A stretch of 64,000 bases of DNA, taken from assembly GCA_907165135.1 (NCBI GenBank), contig OU015566.1:6696001-6760000 (forward strand). Direction: 5' to 3'. Source of the DNA: Oikopleura dioica (taxonomy: Eukaryota > Animalia > Chordata). The position numbers and the translations under genes were made by a program. Under the pieces are notes generated by a model. That model did no database searches, had not been told where the DNA came from, and worked only from the letters and a program-made list of their open reading frames with translations. Positions 39,086 through 50,230 of the stretch are shown one piece after another; the first letter of the stretch is position 1; every line of letters begins with the position of its first letter.

Positions 39086-39315
39086 TTTTATCTTTCATGA
39101 TCGTCCAATAAGAGCAAACTCAGACACAGAACTGTAGTCGGTCTTACTGTTCTACAACAATTTGTTACTCAGAAAAATCTTCTTTTTTCCCAGGAAAGCA
39201 AATTATAGAGATTAGACAAGCAAAAATTTAATCTTGAAAGTAACCGCGATGTTTATGTCAGTGCTCCTTCGCCTGATAGAAAGTGAAGTTGAATGAAGTG
39301 TCTGAGAACATAAAA

Positions 39316-42300
39316 ATGAAATCGAGTATTTTCTTTTCTGTTGCTTGTTTTAGCGTAGAGGCAAATGTCAGGTGTGGAGACATACGTTTCGGAGATCCCG
39401 GTCAATTCGGTCCAGTGAGTTTGACAAGTTACCCTGGCTCTGGAAACACTTGGGTGAGATATCTTATCGAAGAGTTTACTGGCTACTACACAGGGAGTGT
39501 CTACCACGATGGAAAGCTTTTCAAGGGAGGATTCAAAGGAGAAATAGAGGACTGGAGCGAAGGAAGAGTCGTCATCACGAAATCCCATACTTATCGACCG
39601 AAAGAAAATGCTCTGGCTGATGCAATTATGCTCATAAGAAATCCTTATGATTGCTTTTTGTCTGAATTCAACAGAGTTATAAGCGGCGCCGATCACACTG
39701 GAAAAGCAGAGACAAAAGGTACTTATTATAACCATAACAGTTATATTTTCATAATATTTTTGGTCTTTCCTTGTGTCATAATGAGATGATAACTATCCTT
39801 TATCACAATTAGCGACACAATGCATGCTACATAAATAGCCTTTTTTAGATTTCATGTCAGAAAGATGGGTTAAAAACGAATTTGAAAAGTACGCAGGACG
39901 CTGGTATCGACTGTACGCAAATTTGATCAACAGTGGATATGACACTCTTCCTATCATTTACGAAGGTTATTTTCCAGCACCAACCATTATTTATAAAATT
40001 TAAAGATATGAAAGCAGACCCCCAGAAAGAGATGGAAAAGGTCGTCAATTTTCTGGATGTCCGGACTGACTATGAGTCCAAATACGAGTGTCTTTTCGGA
40101 GAAAACTCCCAAAGATTCAAAAGATCAAGCGGTAGAGACGTTGATCCATATCTTTTTGTCAACGAAGGTACGGTTTTGTCTTCAACTGTTTTCTTGAAAA
40201 TTTTTCAAAGAACACCTCAAGCCAGTAAACGAAGCGATCAATAATCTCTCTGCTCTGCTAAAGAAAACCCATGGGTAGGGTGGCCACATAAAAATAAGAC
40301 CCCAGAGAAACCCCCCAAAACCCCCACTAGAATGTTGCACGTGATCAGTAGAATCACGTAGAGAAGAAATAAAACGAGAATTAAGGGAGTTTCTTTGAAA
40401 AAATTGAGATCAAAGGACTCGAAAACAGCCAAAATAGCCAAAAATCACAAAAATCACCAGCGGAGTCACGTGATCTTGAATTTTTTTGGTTTCTTTCCAG
40501 ATTTCGAAAGATCAGGGCAAAACTCATCAACAGTAAGTGCAGCTCCGACCATGATCAACCATGGTCGGAAAAAAATTGATTTAACATATTTTTTTAACTA
40601 ACCCTAACCCTAACCCTAACCCTAACCCTAACCCTAACCCTAACCCTAACCCTTCGGGCCGTCTCAGCCCCGTTCCGTGATTTTTAAATTTAAGGGGCTT
40701 GACGGCCCTTCGGGCCGTCTCAGCCCCGTTCCGTGATTTTTAAATTTAAGGGGCTTGACGGCCCTTCGGGCCGTCTCAGCCCCGTTCCGTGATTTTTAAA
40801 TTTAAGGGGCTTGACGGCCCTTCGGGCCGTCTCAGCCCCGTTCCGTGATTTTTAAATTTAAGGGGCTTGACGGCCCTTCGGGCCGTCTCAGCCCCGTTCC
40901 GTGATTTTTAAATTTAAGGGGCTTGACGGCCCTTCGGGCCGTCTCAGCCCCGTTCCGTGATTTTTAAATTTAAGGGGCTTGACGGCCCTTCGGGCCGTCT
41001 CAGCCCCGTTCCGTGATTTTTAAATTTAAGGGGCTTGACGGCCCTTCGGGCCGTCTCAGCCCCGTTCCGTGATTTTTAAATTTAAGGGCTTGACGGCCCT
41101 TCGGGCCGTCTCAGCCCCGTTCCGTGATTTTTAAATTTAAGGGCTTGACGGCCCTTCGGGCCGTCTCAGCCCCGTTCCGTGATTTTTAAATTTAAGGGCT
41201 TGACGGCCCTTCGGGCCGTCTCAGCCCCGTTCCGTGATTTTTAAATTTAAGGGCTTGACGGCCCTTCGGGCCGTCTCAGCCCCGTTCCGTGATTTTTAAA
41301 TTTAAGGGCTTGACGGCCCTTCGGGCCGTCTCAGCCCCGTTCCGTGATTTTTAAATTTAAGGGGCTTGACGGCCCTTCGGGCCGTCTCAGCCCCGTTCCG
41401 TGATTTTTAAATTTAAGGGGCTTGACGGCCCTTCGGGCCGTCTCAGCCCCGTTCCGTGATTTTTAAATTTAAGGGGCTTGACGGCCCTTCGGGCCGTCTC
41501 AGCCCCGTTCCGTGATTTTTAAATTTAAGGGGCTTGACGGCCCTTCGGGCCGTCTCAGCCCCGTTCCGTGATTTTTAAATTTAAGGGGCTTGACGGCCCT
41601 TCGGGCCGTCTCAGCCCCGTTCCGTGATTTTTAAATTTAAGGGCTTGACGGCCCTTCGGGCCGTCTCAGCCCCGTTCCGTGATTTTTAAATTTAAGGGCT
41701 TGACGGCCCTTCGGGCCGTCTCAGCCCCGTTCCGTGATTTTTAAATTTAAGGGCTTGACGGCCCTTCGGGCCGTCTCAGCCCCGTTCCGTGATTTTTAAA
41801 TTTAAGGGCTTGACGGCCCTTCGGGCCGTCTCAGCCCCGTTCCGTGATTTTTAAATTTAAGGGGCTTGACGGCCCTTCGGGCCGTCTCAGCCCCGTTCCG
41901 TGATTTTTAAATTTAAGGGGCTTGACGGCCCTTCGGGCCGTCTCAGCCCCGTTCCGTGATTTTTAAATTTAAGGGGCTTGACGGCCCTTCGGGCCGTCTC
42001 AGCCCCGTTCCGTGATTTTTAAATTTAAGGGGCTTGACAAAGGCTGGGAAGTCTGAGTTGATCAATCTCAGTTTCGTCCCTAACCCCGCCCACCTCCGTC
42101 CGATGTTAAAATTCATATTCTTCACGTTTTTAGATTTGTTATGGTTTTTATTGATAATTTTTTCTTTTCAATTTTATCTCTCAATTGTTGAATTCTTTTT
42201 GGGCTCGACTTAGGCTTTTTCTTTAGTCAAGACCCTTCACATACAGTTTTTAATGACCTTTAGACAGCTTTTTAAAGAAAATGAAAATTTTCGAATTTTT

Positions 42301-42649
42301 TCGGGAAAAAAATTTCTTAAACGAAAATTTGAATTTCACGGAGCTGCACTCACTGGGGTTGTCAAATGCCCTGAATTTGATGATCCCAAAATTAAAATTG
42401 AAAAAAAATGAAAATTCAGACTCCGGAGCCAAAAAAACCGAAAAAAATGAGAAAAAATCGATTTTTCGGGGGCTACACCCTTAAAATTTTGAAAAATTAT
42501 ATTTTTTTGGGGAAGCTTTGGACCAACCCTAATCGGTGGTGGGGTTAGAAAAATCGATTTCTGAAGGGTTAATTATGGCCAATTTTTTATGTGGCAGCCC
42601 TACCCATGGGATCGAACTGCCAAAATCTTATTTGAGAAATTTACGTTAG
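39316..42649 (+). CDS. WSCD-like sulfotransferase-domain protein; last exon split by hAT element B
   Basis: SYPGSGNTWVRYLIE PAPS-binding loop, ITKSH, LIRNPYD and IIYEDMK. Removing the element plus one TSD restores ...LLKKTHG|IELPKSYLRNLR* (stop 42647-42649). Confidence 0.88.
40599..40652 (-). repeat. Interstitial telomeric tract (TTAGGG)9
   Basis: Nine perfect TAACCC units on the plus strand, fused directly to array 2. Confidence 0.97.
40650..42038 (+). repeat. 55/56-bp hairpin satellite array 2, 25 units
   Basis: Unit GGCCCTTCGGGCCGTCTCAGCCCCGTTCCGTGATTTTTAAATTTAAGGG(G)CTTGAC. Confidence 0.97.
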
Positions 42650-42800
42650 ACATTTTACACTGCCATTATCGAATAAGAATTCACAAGAAAAATATCCGCC
42701 TTGGAATCATTTATTTACAAATCTGGCAAAAATTCAGTGTCTGAGCGAGCATATAAAAGAATCGTTAGTTGAGCTTGAAGCGCAGGCAGGTTGAGAAGGT

Positions 42801-45800
42801 TTATTCTAGGACTTCGAAGGTGGCATCGGTTTTGATATCCTGAAAATAATGATCGCCTTGTAATTTGAAAATGCCTTACTTGGATTTCTCTGCTGTCGAT
42901 ATCGATGAGAACCGTGTATTTCCCGGATTTTTCGGGGATGAAATCGAAGTTCATCTGGTAGGTCGTCTTTGGTTCAAGAGTTTGTCTAGAAAAAATGTTT
43001 GAAAAATGCCTTTTTGGAAAAACATACTCTGTGAAATTTCTATCAGTAAAGAGACCATTAGCTTCGACTGTCAAAGAAGCGTTTTGAAGAGGATAATCCA
43101 GAGGATTTTCGATCGTGATTACGCAGCTGCAAGCATCTTTTACGTACGCTTTTCTTCGATTGAACTAAATTTTTTGTCAGACAGAAATCTGGCACATGAT
43201 ACTCACCGTTATCGACACCATAGGAGGAACACTGAGCGAAAAGTCTTGTCTGGCCGTGTGCGTCTCGATCTCGCCTGTTGATGGATTCTTGACCTTGATC
43301 ATTGCAACTGCTCTCATATGTAGGGTAAACGCACAAAAAAATCAACTTTTTCCCTCGAAAGAGAATTGACCTGAAACTTGGCATGGTAATAGATCATGCC
43401 AAACTACTTTTAAAAATTTTTTTTTCAAAAAAATTTTTCAAGGTTTTCAACCTTTTTAAGCCTGGCAAAAGGCTAACTTCTGAGTGGATCATGGTAGAAG
43501 GCTCTTGAATAGCTAGATCGACGCGGACTGAGCTCCTGATCATTTTCATAAAAAAAAATTTAGTGACAATATCTCCGATGACTCAGAAATCGCCGAAGAG
43601 TGTTACGTAACCTTGTTATGTAACACTAATTAAGACATTTAATTGCTGGAGGACCAAAGAAATACATCTCACTACTTTTCAGCCCAAAAAAATAATGACA
43701 ATATTTCATCCCTTTTTCCGGAGGACCTAATGGAGGACTTTTTGAAGAAAAACAAGCCATTGCTGGAAAAATTTTTTTTTTTTTTAAGTTTTTAAAATTT
43801 AGTTTTAGATATAAATTAACGTTTAAAATATTGAAAGCATCCCGTCACCCTCATAAAAACAAATTTCTTAAAAAAAACTTTCCCAAGAATAAACACCATA
43901 ATAGAAAAACCAGTAGGGGGAATATGGTAAAAAATAGAAACGGGTGAGGGCGGGGTTGGGGACAGAACTAAGACTGATCATCTTAGTCTTGTTTTCTAAT
44001 CCCGGCCTTTGTCAAGCCCATTTTTAATTAAAAGCCAGGGACGGGGCTGAGACGGCCCTTCGGGCCGTCAAGCCCATTTTTAATTAAAAGCCAGGGACGG
44101 GGCTGAGACGGCCCTTCGGGCCGTCAAGCCCATTTTTAATTAAAAGCCAGGGACGGGGCTGAGACGGCCCTTCGGGCCGTCAAGCCCATTTTTAATTAAA
44201 AGCCAGGGACGGGGCTGAGACGGCCCTTCGGGCCGTCAAGCCCATTTTTAATTAAAAGCCAGGGACGGGGCTGAGACGGCCCTTCGGGCCGTCAAGCCCA
44301 TTTTTAATTAAAAGCCAGGGACGGGGCTGAGACGGCCCTTCGGGCCGTCAAGCCCATTTTTAATTAAAAGCCAGGGACGGGGCTGAGACGGCCCTTCGGG
44401 CCGTCAAGCCCATTTTTAATTAAAAGCCAGGGACGGGGCTGAGACGGCCCTTCGGGCCGTCAAGCCCATTTTTAATTAAAAGCCAGGGACGGGGCTGAGA
44501 CGGCCCTTCGGGCCGTCAAGCCCATTTTTAATTAAAAGCCAGGGACGGGGCTGAGACGGCCCTTCGGGCCGTCAAGCCCATTTTTAATTAAAAGCCAGGG
44601 ACGGGGCTGAGACGGCCCTTCGGGCCGTCAAGCCCATTTTTAATTAAAAGCCAGGGACGGGGCTGAGACGGCCCTTCGGGCCGTCAAGCCCATTTTTAAT
44701 TAAAAGCCAGGGACGGGGCTGAGACGGCCCTTCGGGCCGTCAAGCCCATTTTTAATTAAAAGCCAGGGACGGGGCTGAGACGGCCCTTCGGGCCGTCAAG
44801 CCCATTTTTAATTAAAAGCCAGGGACGGGGCTGAGACGGCCCTTCGGGCCGTCAAGCCCATTTTTAATTAAAAGCCAGGGACGGGGCTGAGACGGCCCTT
44901 CGGGCCGTCAAGCCCATTTTTAATTAAAAGCCAGGGACGGGGCTGAGACGGCCCTTCGGGCCGTCAAGCCCATTTTTAATTAAAAGCCAGGGACGGGGCT
45001 GAGACGGCCCTTCGGGCCGTCAAGCCCATTTTTAATTAAAAGCCAGGGACGGGGCTGAGACGGCCCTTCGGGCCGTCAAGCCCATTTTTAATTAAAAGCC
45101 AGGGACGGGGCTGAGACGGCCCTTCGGGCCGTCAAGCCCATTTTTAATTAAAAGCCAGGGACGGGGCTGAGACGGCCCTTCGGGCCGTCAAGCCCATTTT
45201 TAATTAAAAGCCAGGGACGGGGCTGAGACGGCCCTTCGGGCCGTCAAGCCCATTTTTAATTAAAAGCCAGGGACGGGGCTGAGACGGCCCTTCGGGCCGT
45301 CAAGCCCATTTTTAATTAAAAGCCAGGGACGGGGCTGAGACGGCCCTTCGGGCCGTCAAGCCCATTTTTAATTAAAAGCCAGGGACGGGGCTGAGACGGC
45401 CCTTCGGGCCGTCAAGCCCATTTTTAATTAAAAGCCAGGGACGGGGCTGAGACGGCCCTTCGGGCCGTCAAGCCCATTTTTAATTAAAAGCCAGGGACGG
45501 GGCTGAGACGGCCCTTCGGGCCGTCAAGCCCATTTTTAATTAAAAGCCAGGGACGGGGCTGAGACGGCCCTTCGGGCCGTCAAGCCCATTTTTAATTAAA
45601 AGCCAGGGACGGGGCTGAGACGGCCCTTCGGGCCGTCAAGCCCATTTTTAATTAAAAAAAAAAATAATAAAAATTTTGAATTTTGATTTCTTCCATCATC
45701 TTGATGTTTTCAATCCGACAAAGTCCTCCAAGAGTCCTCCGTGTGATCACATGATATTTATCTCTTAATTTTAGAAAAAATTAAGGATTTAATTTACTTT

Positions 45801-48208
45801 AATTCAAAAATCTTCATTCTTCCAGCAAATTGCTGGTCTTCCAGCAATGAGCTAGAGGTCCTCCAGCTGATTCCTGATCGATCAGAAGTATGGTCACTAA
45901 ATTTTTTTGTCTCAAAATGATCAGAATTTCAAGGCGCGTCGAACGAGACCTCCCACGGCTTTGTAACCCAATCCACTCGAAAAATAGATTTTTTGAGCTC
46001 TTTAGAGGGCGCTAGAATGGTGTCAGGTGGTTTTTTCAAAAAATTTTTTTCGGAAATATTAGTTTTTCATGTTGGGCAATCACGTCACCAAAAATTAAGT
46101 TTCTACGACCCCTAGAAAAAAAGCTGATTTTTTGTGCGTTTACCCTACTCATATGACTCTGGCCATCGCGAGCCAGGCGGCCTTCGTACTCTTTCTTTGG
46201 AAAAACAACTGAAGAATTGAGCTGATCGCGGAGGAACTTCTGCTCCAAAGCACGCTGAGCAATCACAGTATTCACTCCGCCTCTGATATTTGGTTCAATG
46301 AGATATGCTTATAAGCAAAACTGATTTTTTGTTGAACCAAAACTGTAGTAGGTAGAATAGAGAGTTAATTCAGGCTCCTCGACAAATTCGATGACATTGC
46401 TATCAGCAGAAGTGACCAAAAGCTTGATTTCAAGATCGTCACCGATTGAAAATTCTCTCGTAATGATTTCCAATTTCAAAGTCGAACGACTCTTATTCAA
46501 AAGTTCTCGTTGAATAATCGAGTAGTTCTTCATCATGTGATCTGTCATGTCTCGACTGTAATTTCCGCCAAAAGTGACTGCGCGCTCGAAGGACTCTCGT
46601 TCTTCTTCTGATCCTTCCCTTCAAAAAAAAAGCTCAAAAACCGCCCCTTAGTTTTTTTACTAACCTGAATTTGTATTGATCAGTCAAATCCTTTCTTGCG
46701 AAATTATCTCTTCCTTCCGCTTTCGTCGAAATATTGAAGCCAACTGCGTTTGTTCTTCTTTCAGTCAGTTCAATAATTTCGCCAAATTTATTCGTCATCC
46801 AAGTACATCTATCCGCATTGACCTCGCCAAAGAGGAACTTCGTGTCATAATTCACAAACGCTTGTCCTTCTCTCACAGCCTTTACTGGCGCAGGGCCACA
46901 CTGACTGACACCGTTTGATTCTTCTTGCGGCGTTGCGTCTACTGCTTGCCAGCCGTCGTAGCCCATGCTTTTCGGGATGTCTGGTCGCTGAAGCCAGCAC
47001 TCGTTCCAGACGTGAAAGTTCCAGACGGAGTCAGAGCTCCACTTCAAATCCTTGCCGGATTCATCGATGAAGACATCAATCGTCATCGTGTCATCCCCAT
47101 CGTGGGCAGAAGCAAAATTGGTAACAGACCTTGCTGGAATCCCAACTGCTCTAAGAAGAGTCGTCAAAAGTCCAGAGAAGACCCAGCACTGTCCATATTT
47201 AACCGGTCTGTATCCATTCTCGACGTATTGCTTGCAAATGTTGACCGATCCATTCCAAGCCGTTGGTGCTTTTCCACCATCGTACTCGCCCGACCAGTTG
47301 CCTTGAAGAACACCATCAAAGTTGCATGAATTAGCATTTGAGCTCAGCAATCGCACGATTTTGATCAGGTCTCTAAGCCAACTTCCACCAGACGCCTTTG
47401 CTGTTCGATGATCATTCGCAAGAAGATAGCAAACAAGATCAAGAACTGGCTCTTGAAATTGCCCGTAGATCCATTTCTTAGGACCGAAATTGTGAACACT
47501 CCCTCTCCAGATTGCGCCGACGTCGTTAAAGACATATTCATCCAGGAATTCGTCGCTGTTGTTGAATAGACCGACCCGGGGCTTGTCAAAGTGGCATCCG
47601 TCCAGTTCAGACATGGGATTAGCGATGATATAAATATTTGGCTGGGAAGAAGAAGAAATGCTGATGGAGTCGTCCACTAGAAGGCTTCTCAATGATAACT
47701 AAAAATGATGAAAACCAATGATTTTAAAACCTAGCCAAACCTTGACGGAGTACTTTCCAATAGCTGCTGTCGGAGGAACATTGACTTCGACCTCAATCGT
47801 TTCATCCTTCACTTCAAGCGTTCCTGTCCAGCCGAGTTTATCCAATTTTCCATCTTCCTTGCAATCGACAATGGCCATTGTGCCGTATTGAATAGCTGGA
47901 GCTTTGCCAGTTGAAAACTCGAGCCTGAGCGTATCTCCAGCCGAGTTGAACTCACGCGTGAACGTAACCTTGAGTTTTATCACTCCAGCGCGCCGCACGA
48001 TCAGGTTTTTCTGCTCGTACATGTCTGTTCGGTGCTCTTTTCGATTTTCATCGACCAACCAGTCGACTGGATCCTGGAATTCACCTTCCTCGATTCCATC
48101 TGTTTCAGTTCCTCCAAGCTCGTTGTTGAATGGCTTCGCTATCTTCAGTTCCAAAGGCTTTGCTAAAAGCAAAACATGAAAACAGAACAGCTGATTATGG
48201 GCCCTCAT
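42801..48208 (-). CDS. TGM: Transglutaminase, with a coding exon interrupted by hAT element C
   Basis: Intact catalytic triad: GQCWVF, FHVWNECW and WQAVDATPQE. N-terminal LIVRRAG sandwich and C-terminal barrels (IENPLDYPLQNASLTVEANGL); stop at 42801. The start codon is uncertain. Confidence 0.95.
43321..46147. mobile_element. Non-autonomous hAT element C (2827 bp)
   Basis: About 30-bp TIR TAGGGTAAACGCACAAAAAA(A)TCA(A/G)CTTTTT; 8-bp TSD CTCATATG at 43313-43320 and 46148-46155; degenerate subterminal inverted arms (about 43430-43770 versus 45720-46050). Confidence 0.93.
44011..45655 (-). repeat. 56-bp hairpin satellite array 3, about 29 apparently identical units, inverted relative to arrays 1 and 2
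   Basis: Plus-strand unit GGGACGGGGCTGAGACGGCCCTTCGGGCCGTCAAGCCCATTTTTAATTAAAAGCCA. Confidence 0.97.
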
Positions 48209-48368
48209 AAAAGGAGGGCAATTAAGGTTTGCAGCTTGTAAGAGCCAAGTTATACAGGCTCCTAATCCCAGTTTTGGCTGAAATCTTTATAGCTGCTAAA
48301 TCCTTTTGTCAGCAAAGAGAAAATAATTCCCAATTTTTAAAAAATTCAGGCTTGAAAAAGAAAAAAAA

Positions 48369-49250
48369 ATGTCAAGAATTCAAGCAATAACAGACAGAAT
48401 CGATTTTGAAAGCAGATTTCCGAAGAGACAGCTTCCTCTACTCACGAAAACCGACTCGTACTCGAGCACTTTCGATCTTTGCCCTTTGGTTTCACGACCA
48501 GAGACTCCTAATTGGAAGCAAGTCCAAATTCAAATCGAAAACACGCCACTTATTCAATCAAAACCGTAAGTAACAACCTCTGAGGGCATAAGTTATGCCA
48601 GCTTTGCTTAGTTAGGGTTAGGGTTAGGGCAAAATCTCGGATCCCTGTCTGAAGTCATCCATCAATTTCTGGCCTCCAGACAATTTGACGGTGATAAATA
48701 AACTGCGAAGTTTAATGATTTCTAAAAACCATTCATAAAAAAATGATGATGTATTTTTTTGCTTGGCAAGCTCAAGGGGTCGTTGAACCGTTTTTTCGAT
48801 GATTGTTCGGAATTAAAAAAATCTTAATAAATCAAATGCCGCGGTAAATGAAATAATTAATTATACTGCTTCAGGGTAAAATTCACAATAGACATGCGGA
48901 GCGTTTGCGCTATCATTATTCTGGCCTCTACTTTGTATTCTCTCTATTATCTACTGTCGCTGGTGAATGGAGAGTCTCTCAACACGCATTGGTAAAGGAA
49001 GAAAATTATTTTCTTCTGACGTTTTACAAGAAAATTGACTTACAAGGCTTTTTCTTTTGAAATAAACCACAGAAACACTTCGACATGGTTGATATTTCTC
49101 TGCGTAAAAACGACTCTTGGTATTTCGTTAATCTAGAACAGCTCCGACCGCGACAACTCCTGAAGGGGTCTTCACTTTATGACCGAGTGATTGAACTCTG
49201 ATGATAAAAGCGCCCTGGGGCACACAGGCCTCAGACTCATACGTAAGCAA
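48369..49250 (+). CDS. Possible multi-exon membrane protein gene or pseudogene divergent from the transglutaminase
   Basis: MSRIQAITDRIDF... ending at a GTAAGT donor, and a later hydrophobic exon MRSVCAIIILASTLYSLYYLLSLV. I could not join the frames cleanly. Confidence 0.3.
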
Positions 49251-50230
49251 GCAGCTAGAAATTCTTTGGTATTTGGAAGCTAGACAAAAGCGCTTTTGAA
49301 TTTCAGAGGCTCACTTTCCGGCAGGTTAGACCAGGAGAAATGAAATGGCTGGGATCAGTATTGGCTTTTATTCAAATTTTATCATCCGCGTTAAATTAAA
49401 TATTTTCCCAGCAAAGTCAAATGTGAAATTTTCGACTCTCATATTTAAAAAAAATATAGGTAAAAAATACACCGGTAAAGACATTTTAGAAAATATTTTT
49501 CTATTCAATAATTTATTGATTATTCATCTTCGTATTCTGTCCGCAAAAACTTATTCGGTCATCATAAAACGCTCATTTCAAAAAATAATGACATCAAAAT
49601 TCTGAGACAATGAATCGTCTCGATGATTGATTATTTACTGGCCTAATTTTATGATTTTTCAGGACTCAGATTCTGATGAATGAGTTCAAAAATGTTTACG
49701 TTTTATTTTACCTGGTCTAATTTTAGGCAGATTGAGCTGAATGTCAGTTTGAGTGCACAAGCTATCTCTGTCTGAAGCAGGCTCAACCTGACCTTTCGAG
49801 CAAAGTTTATTTTTTGAACAGCTCGAACCCATTTTTTTATCCTTCTTTGTTGCGATTATTCTGAGTTCAAGATCTTGTTTGTTTTGAAAGACTGAGAAAT
49901 TGAGAGCTGCCTGATACGAGGAGCAGTGCCGGGATCGTTAGGCTACGTAAGAGGATTGTATTACGATTATGCTGATTTTTAACTGTAAAAAATGCCGCTC
50001 AACGCCATTAAAATGAAATAGGCCAGCACTTTTACCATTTTTAGAAGCATTTTCTGTAAAAGGATAGAAAGTAACTAACGAAGAAAAGTAAATATATCAA
50101 AGCACATGTAAGATGTAACATGTAACATGTTCGATTGTAAAATAATTAAAGAAATAAAAATTCATTTTCTCGTCGACTGAACATAACATGACCACTTGTA
50201 TTTCGACAAAGCTTCAAATTCAATTTTGAG

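Larger units (their letters stand above)
40276..42602. mobile_element. Non-autonomous hAT element B (2327 bp)
   Basis: TIRs TAGGGTGGCCACATAAAA (left) and TAGGGCTGCCACATAAAA (right, reverse complement); 8-bp TSD CCCATGGG at 40268-40275 and 42603-42610; no transposase ORF. Confidence 0.93.

Noticed and set aside
40650-45655. CRISPR-like appearance of the palindromic 56-bp arrays
   Set aside because: Spacers are identical within each array, no cas genes are present, and the context is eukaryotic.
44011-45655. Tandem hammerhead ribozyme (retrozyme) reading of CTGAGA-hairpin-TCAA
   Set aside because: The core needs CUGANGA and GAAA. The unit has CTGAGA (one base short) and no GAAA after the stem.
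46676-48179. Plus-strand ORFs of 80-134 aa
   Set aside because: Antisense shadows of transglutaminase exons.
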